The translations under genes and the position numbers were made by a program. From positions 15,130,001-15,194,000 of the forward strand of contig OZ249436.1 of the NCBI GenBank assembly GCA_965235115.1: a stretch of DNA of 64,000 nt, given 5' to 3'. Below the pieces are notes generated by a model. That model made no database searches and was not told where the DNA came from. It saw only the letters and a list, made by a program, of their open reading frames with translations. Source of the DNA: Laetmonice hystrix. Taxonomy: Eukaryota. Of the stretch, positions 1 through 10,100 are shown in pieces (position 1 is the stretch's first letter; every line of letters starts with the position of its first letter).

Positions 1-40
1 TGAACGTTGTGTTGAGAGAGATGTGTTTGCCGACATACAG

Positions 41-205
41 TGGCGCCGCGCGTGCGGGTTAGTCCGTCGACCCAGTTCCACACGTCGGGTTCTTCCGTCA
101 CCCTCAAGTGTCACGCCGACGGCGTCCCAGAACCGGAAGTCATGTGGGAGATGAACGAGGCCCCGCTCACCAACGACCCCACCGAACAGCACTACGTGCG
201 CATGC
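41..205 (+). CDS. FSTL4/5-like exon: N-terminal half of Ig I-set domain
   Basis: Acceptor CAG 38-40, donor GTGAGT at 206; encodes APRVRVSPSTQFHTSGSSVTLKCHADGVPEPEVMWEMNEAPL... Confidence 0.85.
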
Positions 206-2991
206 GTGAGTATCCGGCTCCCCTCTCTCTGTCTCTCTCTGACGGCAAACGTTTTATCGGCCTACTAATGGCGTGGAAAAGGTATACCTCAAATATACTA
301 ATGTCACATTCGTAAGGTCGTACTCGAAGAATAAATCCTAGTCGTATCATTTGATATAAAGATAGAATTAATCTTCCCACAGATAACAACGCGACCCTTG
401 AGATTCGCCAGGCAGTGTACACTAAGGACACAGGAGCATACAAATGTAAAGCCCGTAACTCGGCTGGTCAGGGCCAAGATATCGCTACAGTCTTCATTGA
501 GAACTCGCACGTTCCCAAATATTACACAAGTAAGTCGCCCTGATGAACAAGTTTCTCGGTCTATATCAGAAAATATTCCATCATTAGTAAAACCAGGATC
601 AACAAATCGACGCGGATGCGGAGTTTCCGCTCAAATGACTTACTCTGTAAGTAGTATACCGAAATGTGCACCTGTAGCAGGCGCCCGGGCTATCCCATAA
701 AAAAGGGCGGATCTTTGTAAAGGTTTATATACTTTGATATTGAATTTGTTTGCAGGCGAGGATATGTATGAGGTATTCCTGGTATTCCACGACAAGGGTT
801 ACACGGCCTACGAGCCGACCCACTGTCACATTGAGCACCAGGTGTCGGGTTCATTCAGCATGTTCAAACTTCTACCCGAATACGGCGAGACGATGGCGAC
901 ACTGTGCCCGGATAGCGAACCGTGCTCATGGGGCGACGCTGTCAACGTACGAAACAAGTTCATCTACATAACACAACCCAAACTCAACCGGGTCATCGTC
1001 GTCGAGATCCAGGACCGGTCTAACCCTGTCGAGGTCAGTGTGAGGCATTTATACAGGAAAAAAAACGATCTTTCCAGGGCGATTCGTCATTGTCATGATA
1101 ACATGGTGAAATATTGCCCCATTGTAGATCGGTATGTGACTGACAGCTTGTTGTGTCTGCAGGTGATCCCAACAGACAAGGTACCCGTATCGGTGCACTA
1201 CATTGAGCACCTGGATCAGGTGTGGGTGCTGTGTTGGAACGGTGAGACTAGCGGCGGGTCAAAGACGGTGGTCGTCATCCGACAGGCGTCGGAGGAGATG
1301 CAACACCACACTGTCCACACCCAGCCTATAGCCAACAGGTTTGACCTGGTCAGTGTATGCTACACTTCATCCAGTTGGTGTGAAAGGCCATTCAAGTCAA
1401 AACTAATCAAGTGAATGAACAATTCAGTTATGGAATTGTCAGATCCCTTTCCCCGTAGGATGATTTTAGTTTAAGATATGAATATCTAACCGAATTGTCC
1501 CGAGTTATTCATCTCTCGTTTCGTTGCCAGGTGAAAGATATGTTCCTGCCGCCCAACAACGATCTACAGCACAAGTTCCCTTACGGCTACGTGGTGCACA
1601 TGGAGCAGAGTGGTCTCTACAAGCTGGACCTGGCCACCATGAAATACATCAAGAACATTGACCTTAGCAAGTACAACTGTGTGCCAAAGTCGGCCACATT
1701 CATCCCAATGGGTAAGTTTGTGGATGGTGGCAATATTTCCCGGAGGATTTCGTTCTTCGTGTTGTATTAGATTAGATGGTATTTATTTTGTCCTCGTCAT
1801 ATTTTACCTCATAATGAGAAACAAACATTTGATGACAGCATGTATCATGTGCACCCGTCCTCGGAGGACCGATCAGTCACTGTGTACGCAGTGGAAACTA
1901 CTAAGTTCTCTACACCCAGTCGGCCATGTATTATATTATTATATTATTATAGGCCTACTACATATGTATTATGTGTAGCCCTATATTCGTTGGCTGTATG
2001 AACGCTATATAAGTATGAAATAGTGTTCTTCATTGGGGGAATGTTTCAAGATGATCAATTGTGAAAAAGACAATACATTACAAGATCAGTCCTAGAGAAC
2101 CAAGCGGCATGACGTTCATGGACTTTGTTTGTCTACCGCCAGGTGGCCAGGTGTTGGTGCACTGTGTGACCGCTGCAGGAAGTGGCAGTAGCCGATCATG
2201 GCAGCTTGTGCTCGATTATATCACGGACGCTGTGCTCTCGGAGACGGAGCTGACAGGAGATGCTTACATCTCTCCCGACGGACGTTACGTCGTGGTGGTG
2301 GACGACAACGGCGACACACTCACTATCCACAAGGTGTTAGACAACGGCATCATCACCAAGGCGTTCGATGAGTACACTAACCTCCACATAGCTGGCGTCA
2401 CCTTCTTCCCATCAGAGCGAGGACGTAGCTACGATTTCTACGCCTCGTCCGTTAATAAGAACGACGTGCTTTACATGAATCTGGCCTCTGGAAAGGTAGA
2501 ACTGATTGAAGGTAGGTTGATACATTGTGGCTGTTTACGACTGCGCTTCGAAACTTTCAGTGCACGATATGGTATTTTAGAAATAATAATATATTATACA
2601 TGTAGTGATATTGTCAATAAATCAGTGGATGACTGTCGATTATACAAACTACTAGTTTTTAAGGTAGGCCTAGGCCTAATTAAGATGAATCATTACGTAT
2701 CTGACTGCTATAAAGTGGTTCGGTGGGTATAAGCCTATCACCACTCTTGATGATGCTAATGGATGTGTTGGTCAAATCGCAGGTGTTGGACAAGCCATGA
2801 AGCCTGAAGAATGGAAATGGAGTCGCCACAACAGAGTGATAGTCAGTGGTGGGGTGTTTGGGGAGTACTTGATGACCCCATCACGTGATTCTGTTGTTAT
2901 CATCGACGGCAGGCGGCGCCACGTGCAGTGTGAATGGCAGGACATTGCTCACGGCAACGTGATTGTCTGGGTCGAACCCATGCACCTATGA
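41..2991 (+). CDS. FSTL5: Follistatin-related protein 4/5-like gene, 3' part (7 coding exons: 41-205, 383-529, 756-1033, 1163-1348, 1531-1711, 2143-2511, 2783-2991); 5' exons lie upstream of the window
   Basis: All six introns are GT-AG and their phases (1,1,0,0,1,1) join into one open frame ending at TGA 2989-2991. The spliced protein has an Ig I-set domain (VTLKCHADGVPEPEVMW...DTGAYKCKARNSAG), then motifs I recognise from the FSTL4/5 C-terminus (CSWGDAVNVRNKFIYITQPKLNRVIVV, PVSVHYIEHLDQVWVLCW, YISPDGRYVV, SGGVFGEYLMTPS, GNVIVWV). FSTL4 and FSTL5 cannot be separated; in an invertebrate this is probably a co-ortholog. Confidence 0.88.
383..529 (+). CDS. FSTL4/5-like exon: C-terminal half of Ig I-set domain (not shown in the ORF track)
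   Basis: Acceptor TTCCCACAG ending at 382, donor GTAAGT at 530; hand translation HNNATLEIRQAVYTKDTGAYKCKARNSAGQGQDIATVFIENSHVPKYYT contains the Ig D-x-G-x-Y-x-C motif. Confidence 0.88.
756..1033 (+). CDS. FSTL4/5-like exon, start of C-terminal domain
   Basis: Acceptor TTTGCAG ending at 755, donor GTCAGT at 1034; encodes EDMYEVFLVFHDKG...CSWGDAVNVRNKFIYITQP...NPVE. Confidence 0.85.
1163..1348 (+). CDS. FSTL4/5-like exon
   Basis: Acceptor TCTGCAG ending at 1162, donor GTCAGT at 1349; encodes VIPTDKVPVSVHYIEHLDQVWVLCWNG...HTQPIANRFDL. Confidence 0.85.
1531..1711 (+). CDS. FSTL4/5-like exon
   Basis: Acceptor TTGCCAG ending at 1530, donor GTAAGT at 1712; encodes VKDMFLPP...YGYVVHMEQSGLYKLDL...YNCVPKSATFIPMG. 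Confidence 0.85.
2143..2511 (+). CDS. FSTL4/5-like exon
   Basis: Acceptor CCGCCAG ending at 2142, donor GTAGGT at 2512; encodes GQVLVHC...YISPDGRYVVVVD...DVLYMNLASGKVELIE. Confidence 0.85.
2783..2991 (+). CDS. FSTL4/5-like terminal coding exon
   Basis: Acceptor TCGCAG ending at 2782; encodes VGQAMKPEEWKWSRHNRVIVSGGVFGEYLMTPSRDSVVIIDG...GNVIVWVEPMHL then stop TGA 2989-2991. Confidence 0.87.
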
Positions 2992-4206
2992 AGGCTACAA
3001 AACAGCCAGGAGCAAAAATCGAAAGGAAACAAAGTTTATTTGAAGAACAAAATTCTGAGAAAAAATTGAGGTCAACTAAATTATATGAACAAAGGGCGTT
3101 CTTATGACAAGAATCTATTCGCTTTCAATTAATTTGACTAAATTCCAGCAGTTTGATCAATTTTTCAGATCAAGTTTTCCAGAAGTTCCATCTGTATCCA
3201 AGTTTAGCCTTCAGTGCATTCATAACAACGCCCTAGAAGAACTAAGAATAAACGTAACCACATTGTATTAATCAACCTCTCGGAGGCAGTGATTGGGGCC
3301 AGGCCCATTGGTAGTCGTTAGTGGACACTGCATGGATCGGCGGCCATGCTACCTACATTCCAAACGAGTGAAAATGTCATCACACGTCACGTAAATTAGC
3401 AACCAGCAAATATGTCTCTGTCTTAAAATGGATCTCTGTGAGCCCACATACAACAGAGTTAACAACTGAACTATTCTAGCCCAATGTCACAGAGTATACG
3501 GAAAGTGGGTTCAACAGTGACCATCAGACGTTACGTCGTGGTGGTGGACATCTATTGAAAATATCATGAAATCGAGTTGGAAAGATATTTCAGATTGTAT
3601 TGTTTGATTCTGATCAATATGATATATTATGCTTACGTGTGATTTAAGTTTGTTTGGTCTTTGTTGTTTGAGAATATGGCATACTGTTGGCAATTTATGG
3701 TAAACACGTGCATGTACGTGCTGATTACGTTAGGCGTTAGGTATCCTGCTCGATGCGACAGACAATGTCGCTATATGGAACCTACGAGTACCGAGATGGC
3801 AGAATTAACGCCGGGAACCAAAACTTAGATTTAGCATGCAGTGAACGAAATCGAAGGCTTAGGACGCCATGTCTGAATGTCACCGAAAAACCGGGCGGAT
3901 AATAGCTGTTTGTCACGAGTTGTGGGTATTTCAAACGGCAGAGAACCAATGCTGTGCAGAGAGGCAAACTGTGACAAGTAAGAAAATGCCGGTATAGGTC
4001 TAAATAATGACAGAGGATCGTCACTCCAAGGTTTAAACGTTCGAGCTGTTGAATGATTAGATCCACAGGACAAGGAGTCGGTGGGAAAGACGATAAAACA
4101 ACAGCGTCAAGGTAGTTGCACAATGTGAACGCTGGATATCGTTTGATCTATATGTCTTGCTTCGGAAATGAAGACATCTGTAAGAGTCACGGTGTTACTG
4201 TACGTA

Positions 4207-4275
4207 CCTCCACCTAGTGGAGGAGAATGGTACCAGATAATTCGGTTGGTTTGTTTATTGTTGGTATATCTACGC
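4207..4275. repeat. Possible degenerate end of a Helentron/HINE-like interspersed repeat
   Basis: 7-bp stem hairpin CCTCCAC-CTA-GTGGAGG (4207-4223) followed about 20 bp later by a (GTTT/GTTG)n-like tract. This hairpin-plus-microsatellite layout is typical of such elements; no other support. Confidence 0.3.
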
Positions 4276-5468
4276 TGGTAACGGACCGATACTAGTTTGG
4301 AGGGGAAGGGTTTCGACAAGTGACATGGGAGGTCATACGTCTGTAAACTGTACAGTTTGATTTATTAGGTTTAAAGAGTGTATAATGTTGATCTGTACAT
4401 CGAAATTGTATTTAGTTCTGTAGGTTCTAGCCTGTAGTTGTCCAGCACTGGTCATTTCATGTCTGACTGAAAATATAAGAATAACAATATAAGAAGAAGA
4501 AAACATCCCGTAAATATACTTTCGGTATACATCATAAAGATTTCCGGTACGTAAAGGTTGAGTACTGAAGAAGTTTATTGCAAGAATGTTTGTGGACTGT
4601 GCGGATATTTCACCTAACTTTGATGAAGAGAACCTGTTGCTTCCGTTAATATTTTACATTAAATTATCCTGTGGATCAGATATGAAACGATTAGTACATT
4701 GCCATGAAATCAGTGAAGGTAACTGGGCACAGTTCTTGTACAGTTTTTTAATAACAAAGTCATGAGGTGAGTGTACTTTTCATGGAGGAAAAACCTGCAT
4801 TGTTTGAGCAATTTGTTTCCTCTACTGCCCAACTGCTATTAGTTACTTATGTTCAGTATATACTGAGTATGACCCATCCTTGAGGACCTTGTTATTGTAC
4901 TGGTACTTTCATCTTATTGTTTTCACCCGTTACATACAAATAGTCAGCAGCATATAATGCATATTAACTAGAAGGTGTGATCGAAATGCACAGCAAGGCC
5001 AACAGAACCTTAATTTACATGCAAAGATAGGCGGGATATTATTCACTGAGGGTGTTTCCTAAATGTCATCCTTTTCTTTTTCTCCCTCACAGAAATATAA
5101 TTATATAATATATAATATGATAATAAATATATCAATGTCGCCTGGCAGTAAGAATAATAATGTAAAGAGAGTGTACTGTAGTAGCCAGTGGTGTGTAGTC
5201 CTCCCGGTTTGACATTTAACAAGTTCACGTTGTAGCTACTGCATTTGGAAATCATGTTCACGGAGACCTTTTACTATGTATGTTACACACCACCATATCT
5301 ATGTGTACAAAGCACAGTGAAGACATGTACGTATATTGAATGATTGGCATGCATTACCCGTTATCATGGCTGTAACAATTGACAGCCACATCAATACTTC
5401 AGTGTCTGTATGTAACAAATGAAACACGTGTGTGCCCTGTTGTCGCTATATAAGTGAACAATCCTAAC

Positions 5469-5474
5469 AATAAA
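5469..5474 (+). promoter_or_regulatory. Candidate polyadenylation signal (AATAAA) of the FSTL4/5-like gene; alternatives at 3247-3252 and 6311-6316
   Basis: Canonical hexamers downstream of the stop codon in AT-rich non-coding sequence. Which one is used cannot be told from sequence alone. Confidence 0.35.
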
Positions 5475-6395
5475 CAAAATATACTGCCAGTTCTACTTCG
5501 TGCAGTTCCCATCGACTTAATTTCTCGAGATACAGCGCTGTAGTAAAAAATGTATTGACACAGAGAAAGGTGATACAGAGTTTAAACGAAGGTGGCCTTT
5601 GGGCGAATGCAAACACGAAATATATGCGTTACTATTAGTCGGGATACTCACCTAACATGCTAGCTACTTGATCTCATGGGGCATCAGGAATAACAATAAT
5701 ATAGATGGTCCATAGTAAGGAACAATTCACGCCCTGGCAGTGCTGAACATTGCATGATCTTGTTCCCACTAGATATGGCATATATTCTATAGAGTGGCAC
5801 AAATGTGGACGTATGTAATGCTTGTGATCCTCCTGAACTTCTTCCGTGTACCACCCGCTGCTCCGTCTTCAATCCTGACCGTATTCAATAGCGCACTGTT
5901 GTCAGGTACTCTGGTATAGATGTTAATCTAAGAACACATGCTGTCTGTAGTACGGTCTCCTACCGTCTCCCATTAGCCGTATACCGTTCATTATAGATGA
6001 CATTTTCCACCATAGGTATGTATTCTAGTCGTAGATGGATACAGGTAATAGATTTCTGAATGAGAGTGCAGAAAATTAATGTGTCTTATAAACATTAAAA
6101 TTAAAATAATCATAGTCAAAAGGTAGAGTGTCTTCGTTTCAAAGCATATTATTTAATTTATTTGTTGGTAATGAGCCCGACTTGAGTTGATCGCGCATGG
6201 TGCTGCCATTGCTTTTTATATATGCATGGACTGGAGAGACGAACGGTTGTCAGGTGTACACATACTATGGTTTTATTCTTCACAAATTGTGAATGATCAT
6301 GTGCGACAAAAATAAAATGATGTACACTGTCGTGAAAGAATTGTTTTGTGCCGTTTTGTTAAACTTAATGGGTTTCGTTTGTAACTGTGCATTAA

Positions 6396-6921
6396 AGGGG
6401 CATATTATGAGGAAACGTTAAAAATCGGTATTTCATAGAACTTTTGCTGTTTTCATAAAGAGATCCTTCATTAAAATTGCTTAGTAAACAAATACAGACT
6501 TATCAGTTTCATTTTGAGTGAGAAATCGAAGTTTATTAAGCACCTTGCCCACTTCTCTGCCGATTTCGTAAAATATTTTTTGGGTGGCATTCTGATGCCG
6601 GGCGATCGAGTGCCACTGCTGAATTGTTTACAACTAAGCAAAGCACGTGACTAAGCACATGCAGAGCGTGCACACACAGGATGTGACACAGTATGCAATT
6701 ACACGGGTTGATGGGGGTTGTCCGCCAAATTATGGCGGGAGATGTGCTATCGGGAGAAATCTATAGGTTTGGTCGTATAGAACCGACTTGTGCTGCATAC
6801 GCAGCGAAAATACGTCGGAGGACAAAAAGCTGTGGTAGGATTATTTACTTGGATCCCTAGTACACGGTCATGTTGGATAATTGCCGGAAATCCTCAAAAA
6901 CGTGTTTCATAGCATGCCCCT
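6396..6921. mobile_element. Non-autonomous DNA transposon (MITE), Kolobok-like, 526 bp
   Basis: TTAA on both flanks (6392-6395, 6922-6925). The left end AGGGGCATATTATGA matches the reverse complement of the right end AGGGGCATGCTATGA at 13/15. No ORF. A TTAA target duplication with 5'-RR...YY-3' ends fits Kolobok rather than piggyBac (CC...GG ends). Confidence 0.75.
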
Positions 6922-7121
6922 TTAACCATTAATATGGTCATGCATCTTGAGTTGTCAAGGGGCATCGCGCATCCTGCATTCTACCCCTTGAGCTCGGCCC
7001 AGGCTAAACTGTGGGAGGCTGACCTTGAGGTCAACCTCATGAATATTAACAGGACCTGACATCGGCGTCATAAACTCGCCACTAACACCACTAAACGGTC
7101 TTGTCCGATAGCATAGATCTA

Positions 7122-10100
7122 TGCACTGCCACCTTCCGGCTACCGGTGGAATCACCACGTATACCTGGCCGGGCTGGCGGGCACCTGTGTCGCTTACCGG
7201 AGAGATAGGATTCTGCAATGATAAGCGAAAAATTGCTTCATTTTTGATACGTCAAATATAAATTACGCCCCCCAAATTATCATTTTTGGCCAGATGTATA
7301 ACTGTAAAACATTTCCCTCACGTACGTTCCCTACGTATAAATGGTTGTGAAAGGTATACTTCTCATTTGAGTATCTTCTCCAAATTTTAAGAGTAGATGC
7401 CCCTCGCCTATACCTTTCATTTCCACTACGTCACTGCACTGTTTGCTAGGGTACTAGGCCAGCCAGTAGGCTACCATGTAGGGATTCCTTACTGTACTGT
7501 TTGGCCTCGCAGTACTGTTTGGCATCCCTGTACTGTTTGGCCTCAATGTACTGGTTGCTTGGGTACTGCGACAGGCAGTACCATGTAAGGACTCCTCACT
7601 GCATATTGTTTGGCCTCCCTGTACTGTTTGGCCTCACTGTACTGTTTGCTTGGGTACTGGGGCAGGCAGTGCCGTGTAGGGACTCCTCACTGTACTGTTT
7701 GGCCTCCCTGTACTGTTTGCTTGCATACAACGTTAGCCAGTAGTGTAGAGACGCCTCATGTTTCATGTTTCCATGCCTTTATTGTCCAGGAAGCAGGCCA
7801 TACGTTTTGTCAATCTTTTACTCCCATCTAATCTGTGTCCCCTACAGACCATCTGTAAGCGTCCGACAACGTTGTCAGGTAGCCCCAGTGGCAATTTGCC
7901 GTAAAGGTTTATTTAACAATGGCAAATGACGTTGTACGCCTTTCCTATATCAGATACCCCATCCCCAAGTAAAAAACGATTACAGAGATGTTGCAGGCAA
8001 CCGCCAGGGTGCTGTGCTGAAGCAGCGGCTCCAACTGCACTGCCACCTTCCGGCTACCGGTGGAATCACCACGTATACCTGGCCGGGCTGCCAGGCACCT
8101 GTGGCGCCTAGGGGAGAGACAGGTTTATGCAATGATAAGCGAAAAATGGCCTCATTTTTGATACTTCAATTTGAAAGTACGCCCCCGAAATTATGATTGT
8201 TAGGCCCGATGTATAAATGTCAAACCTATTGGTCTCGTACGTTCGCTACAGATAAATGGTTGTGATATTATACTTCCCGTTTGAGTATCTTTTCCAAATT
8301 TTAACATTAGATGCTCCTCGCCTGTACCTTTCATTTCCACTGCGTCACTGTACTGTTTGCATGGGTAGTAGGCCAGCTTGTAAGATGTACGGACTCTTCA
8401 CTGTACTGTTTGGCCTCCCATTCTGCTTGGCCTAACGGTATAGAATCTACTGTTTGGCCTCACTGTACTGTTTGGCCTCACTGTAGTGTTTGCTTGGGTA
8501 CTAGGCCAGCCAGTAATTTGTGGGGATTCCTCACTGTACTGTTTGGCCTTCCTGTACTCTTTGGCCTCACTCTACTGCTTGCTTGTATACAACCGTAGCC
8601 AGTAGTATACGGATGCCTCATGTTTCATGTTTGCATACCTTTATTGTCCAGGAGGCAGGCCATACGTTTCGTCTATCATTTACTCCCATCTCATCTGTGT
8701 CCCCTACAGACCATCTGTAAGCGTCCGACAACGTTGTCAGGTAGTGCCAATGGCTGTTTGCCGAAAAAGTTTATTTAACAATGGCAAATGACGTTGTACG
8801 CCTTTCCTATATCAGATACCCCATCCCCGAGTAAAAAACGATTACAGAGATATTGCAGGCAACCGCCAGAGTGCTGTGCTGAAGCGGCGGCTCCAACTGC
8901 ACTGCCACCTTCCGGCTACCGGTGGAATCACCACGTAGATCCTCTATACCTGGCCGGGCTGCCAGGCACCTGTGGCGCTTAGGGGAGAGACTGGTTTATG
9001 CAATGATAAGCGAAAAATGGCTTCATTTTTGATACGTCAATTTGAAACTACGCCCCGAAATTATGATTGTTAGGCCAGATATATAAATGTCAAACGTATA
9101 CGTCTCGTACGTTCGCTACAGATAAATGGTTGTGATATGTATACTTCCCGTTTGAATATCTTCTCCAAATTTTAACATTAGATGCTCCTCGCCTGTACCT
9201 TTCATTTCCACTACGTCACTGTATGGTTTGCATGGGTAGTAGGCCAGCTGGTAAGATGTACGGACTCTTCACTGTACTGTTTGGCCTCCCATTCTGCTTG
9301 GCCTCACAGTATACTGTTTGGCCTCACTGTAGTGTTTGCTTGGGTACTAGGCCAGCCAGTACCTTGTGGGGATTCCTCACTGTACTGTTTGGCCTTCCTG
9401 TACTCTTTGGCCTCACTCTACTGCTTGCTTGTATACAACCGTAGCCAGTAGTATACGGATGCCTCTTGTTTCATGTTTGCATGCCTTTATTGTCCAGGAG
9501 GCAGGCCATACGTTTCGTCTATCATTTACTCCCATCTCATCTGTGTCCCCTACAGACCATCTGTAAGCGTCCGACAACGTTGTCAGGTAGTGCCAATGGC
9601 TGTTTGCCGAAAAAGTTTATTTAACAATGGCAAATGACGTTGTACGCCTTTCCTATATCAGATACCCCATTCCCAAGTAAAAAACGATTACACAGATATT
9701 GCAGGCAACGGACAGGGTGCTGTGCTGAAGCGGCGGCTCCAACTGCACTGCCACCTTCCGGCTACCGGTGGAATCACCATGTATACCTGGCCGGGCTGCC
9801 AGGCACCTGTGGCGCTTAGGGGAGAGACTGGTTTATGCAATGATAAGCGAAAAATGGCTTCATTTTTGATACGTCAATTTGAAACTACGCCCCGAAATTA
9901 TGATTGTTAGGCCAGATATATAAATGTCAAACGTATACGTCTCGTACGTTCGCTACAGATAAATGGTTGTGATATGTATACTTCCCGTTTGAATATCTTC
10001 TCCAAATTTTAACATTAGATGCTCCTCGCCTGTACCTTTCATTTCCACTACGTCACTGTACTGTTTGCATGGGTAGTAGGCCAGCTGGTAAGATGTACGG

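Noticed and set aside
4966..5045. AACTAGAAGG...CAGCAAGGCCAAC, reminiscent of an interspersed-repeat 5' end
   Set aside because: No matching terminus, target duplication or second copy is visible in the window.
3511..5872. Minus-strand ORFs of 60-113 aa downstream of the gene
   Set aside because: Short, no recognisable domains and no splice-consistent structure; they lie antisense to the presumed 3' UTR.
7430..7760. CRISPR-like repeat/spacer pattern in the subrepeats
   Set aside because: The intervening sequences are themselves repeats, not unique spacers; the context is eukaryotic and there are no cas genes.
8274..8292. CENP-B box-like TTCCCGTTTGAG
   Set aside because: The reverse strand has A-NN-CGGG but lacks the required TTCG half of the motif.
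9511..9592. Repeated splice-like signals (pyrimidine tract + CCCCTACAG acceptor, then GTAAG or CAG/GTAG donors) suggesting a tandem cassette-exon array
   Set aside because: The implied exons are 7 or 31 nt (not frame-preserving), the upstream gene has already terminated, and the motif is explained by the TACAGA/TCTGTA hairpin.
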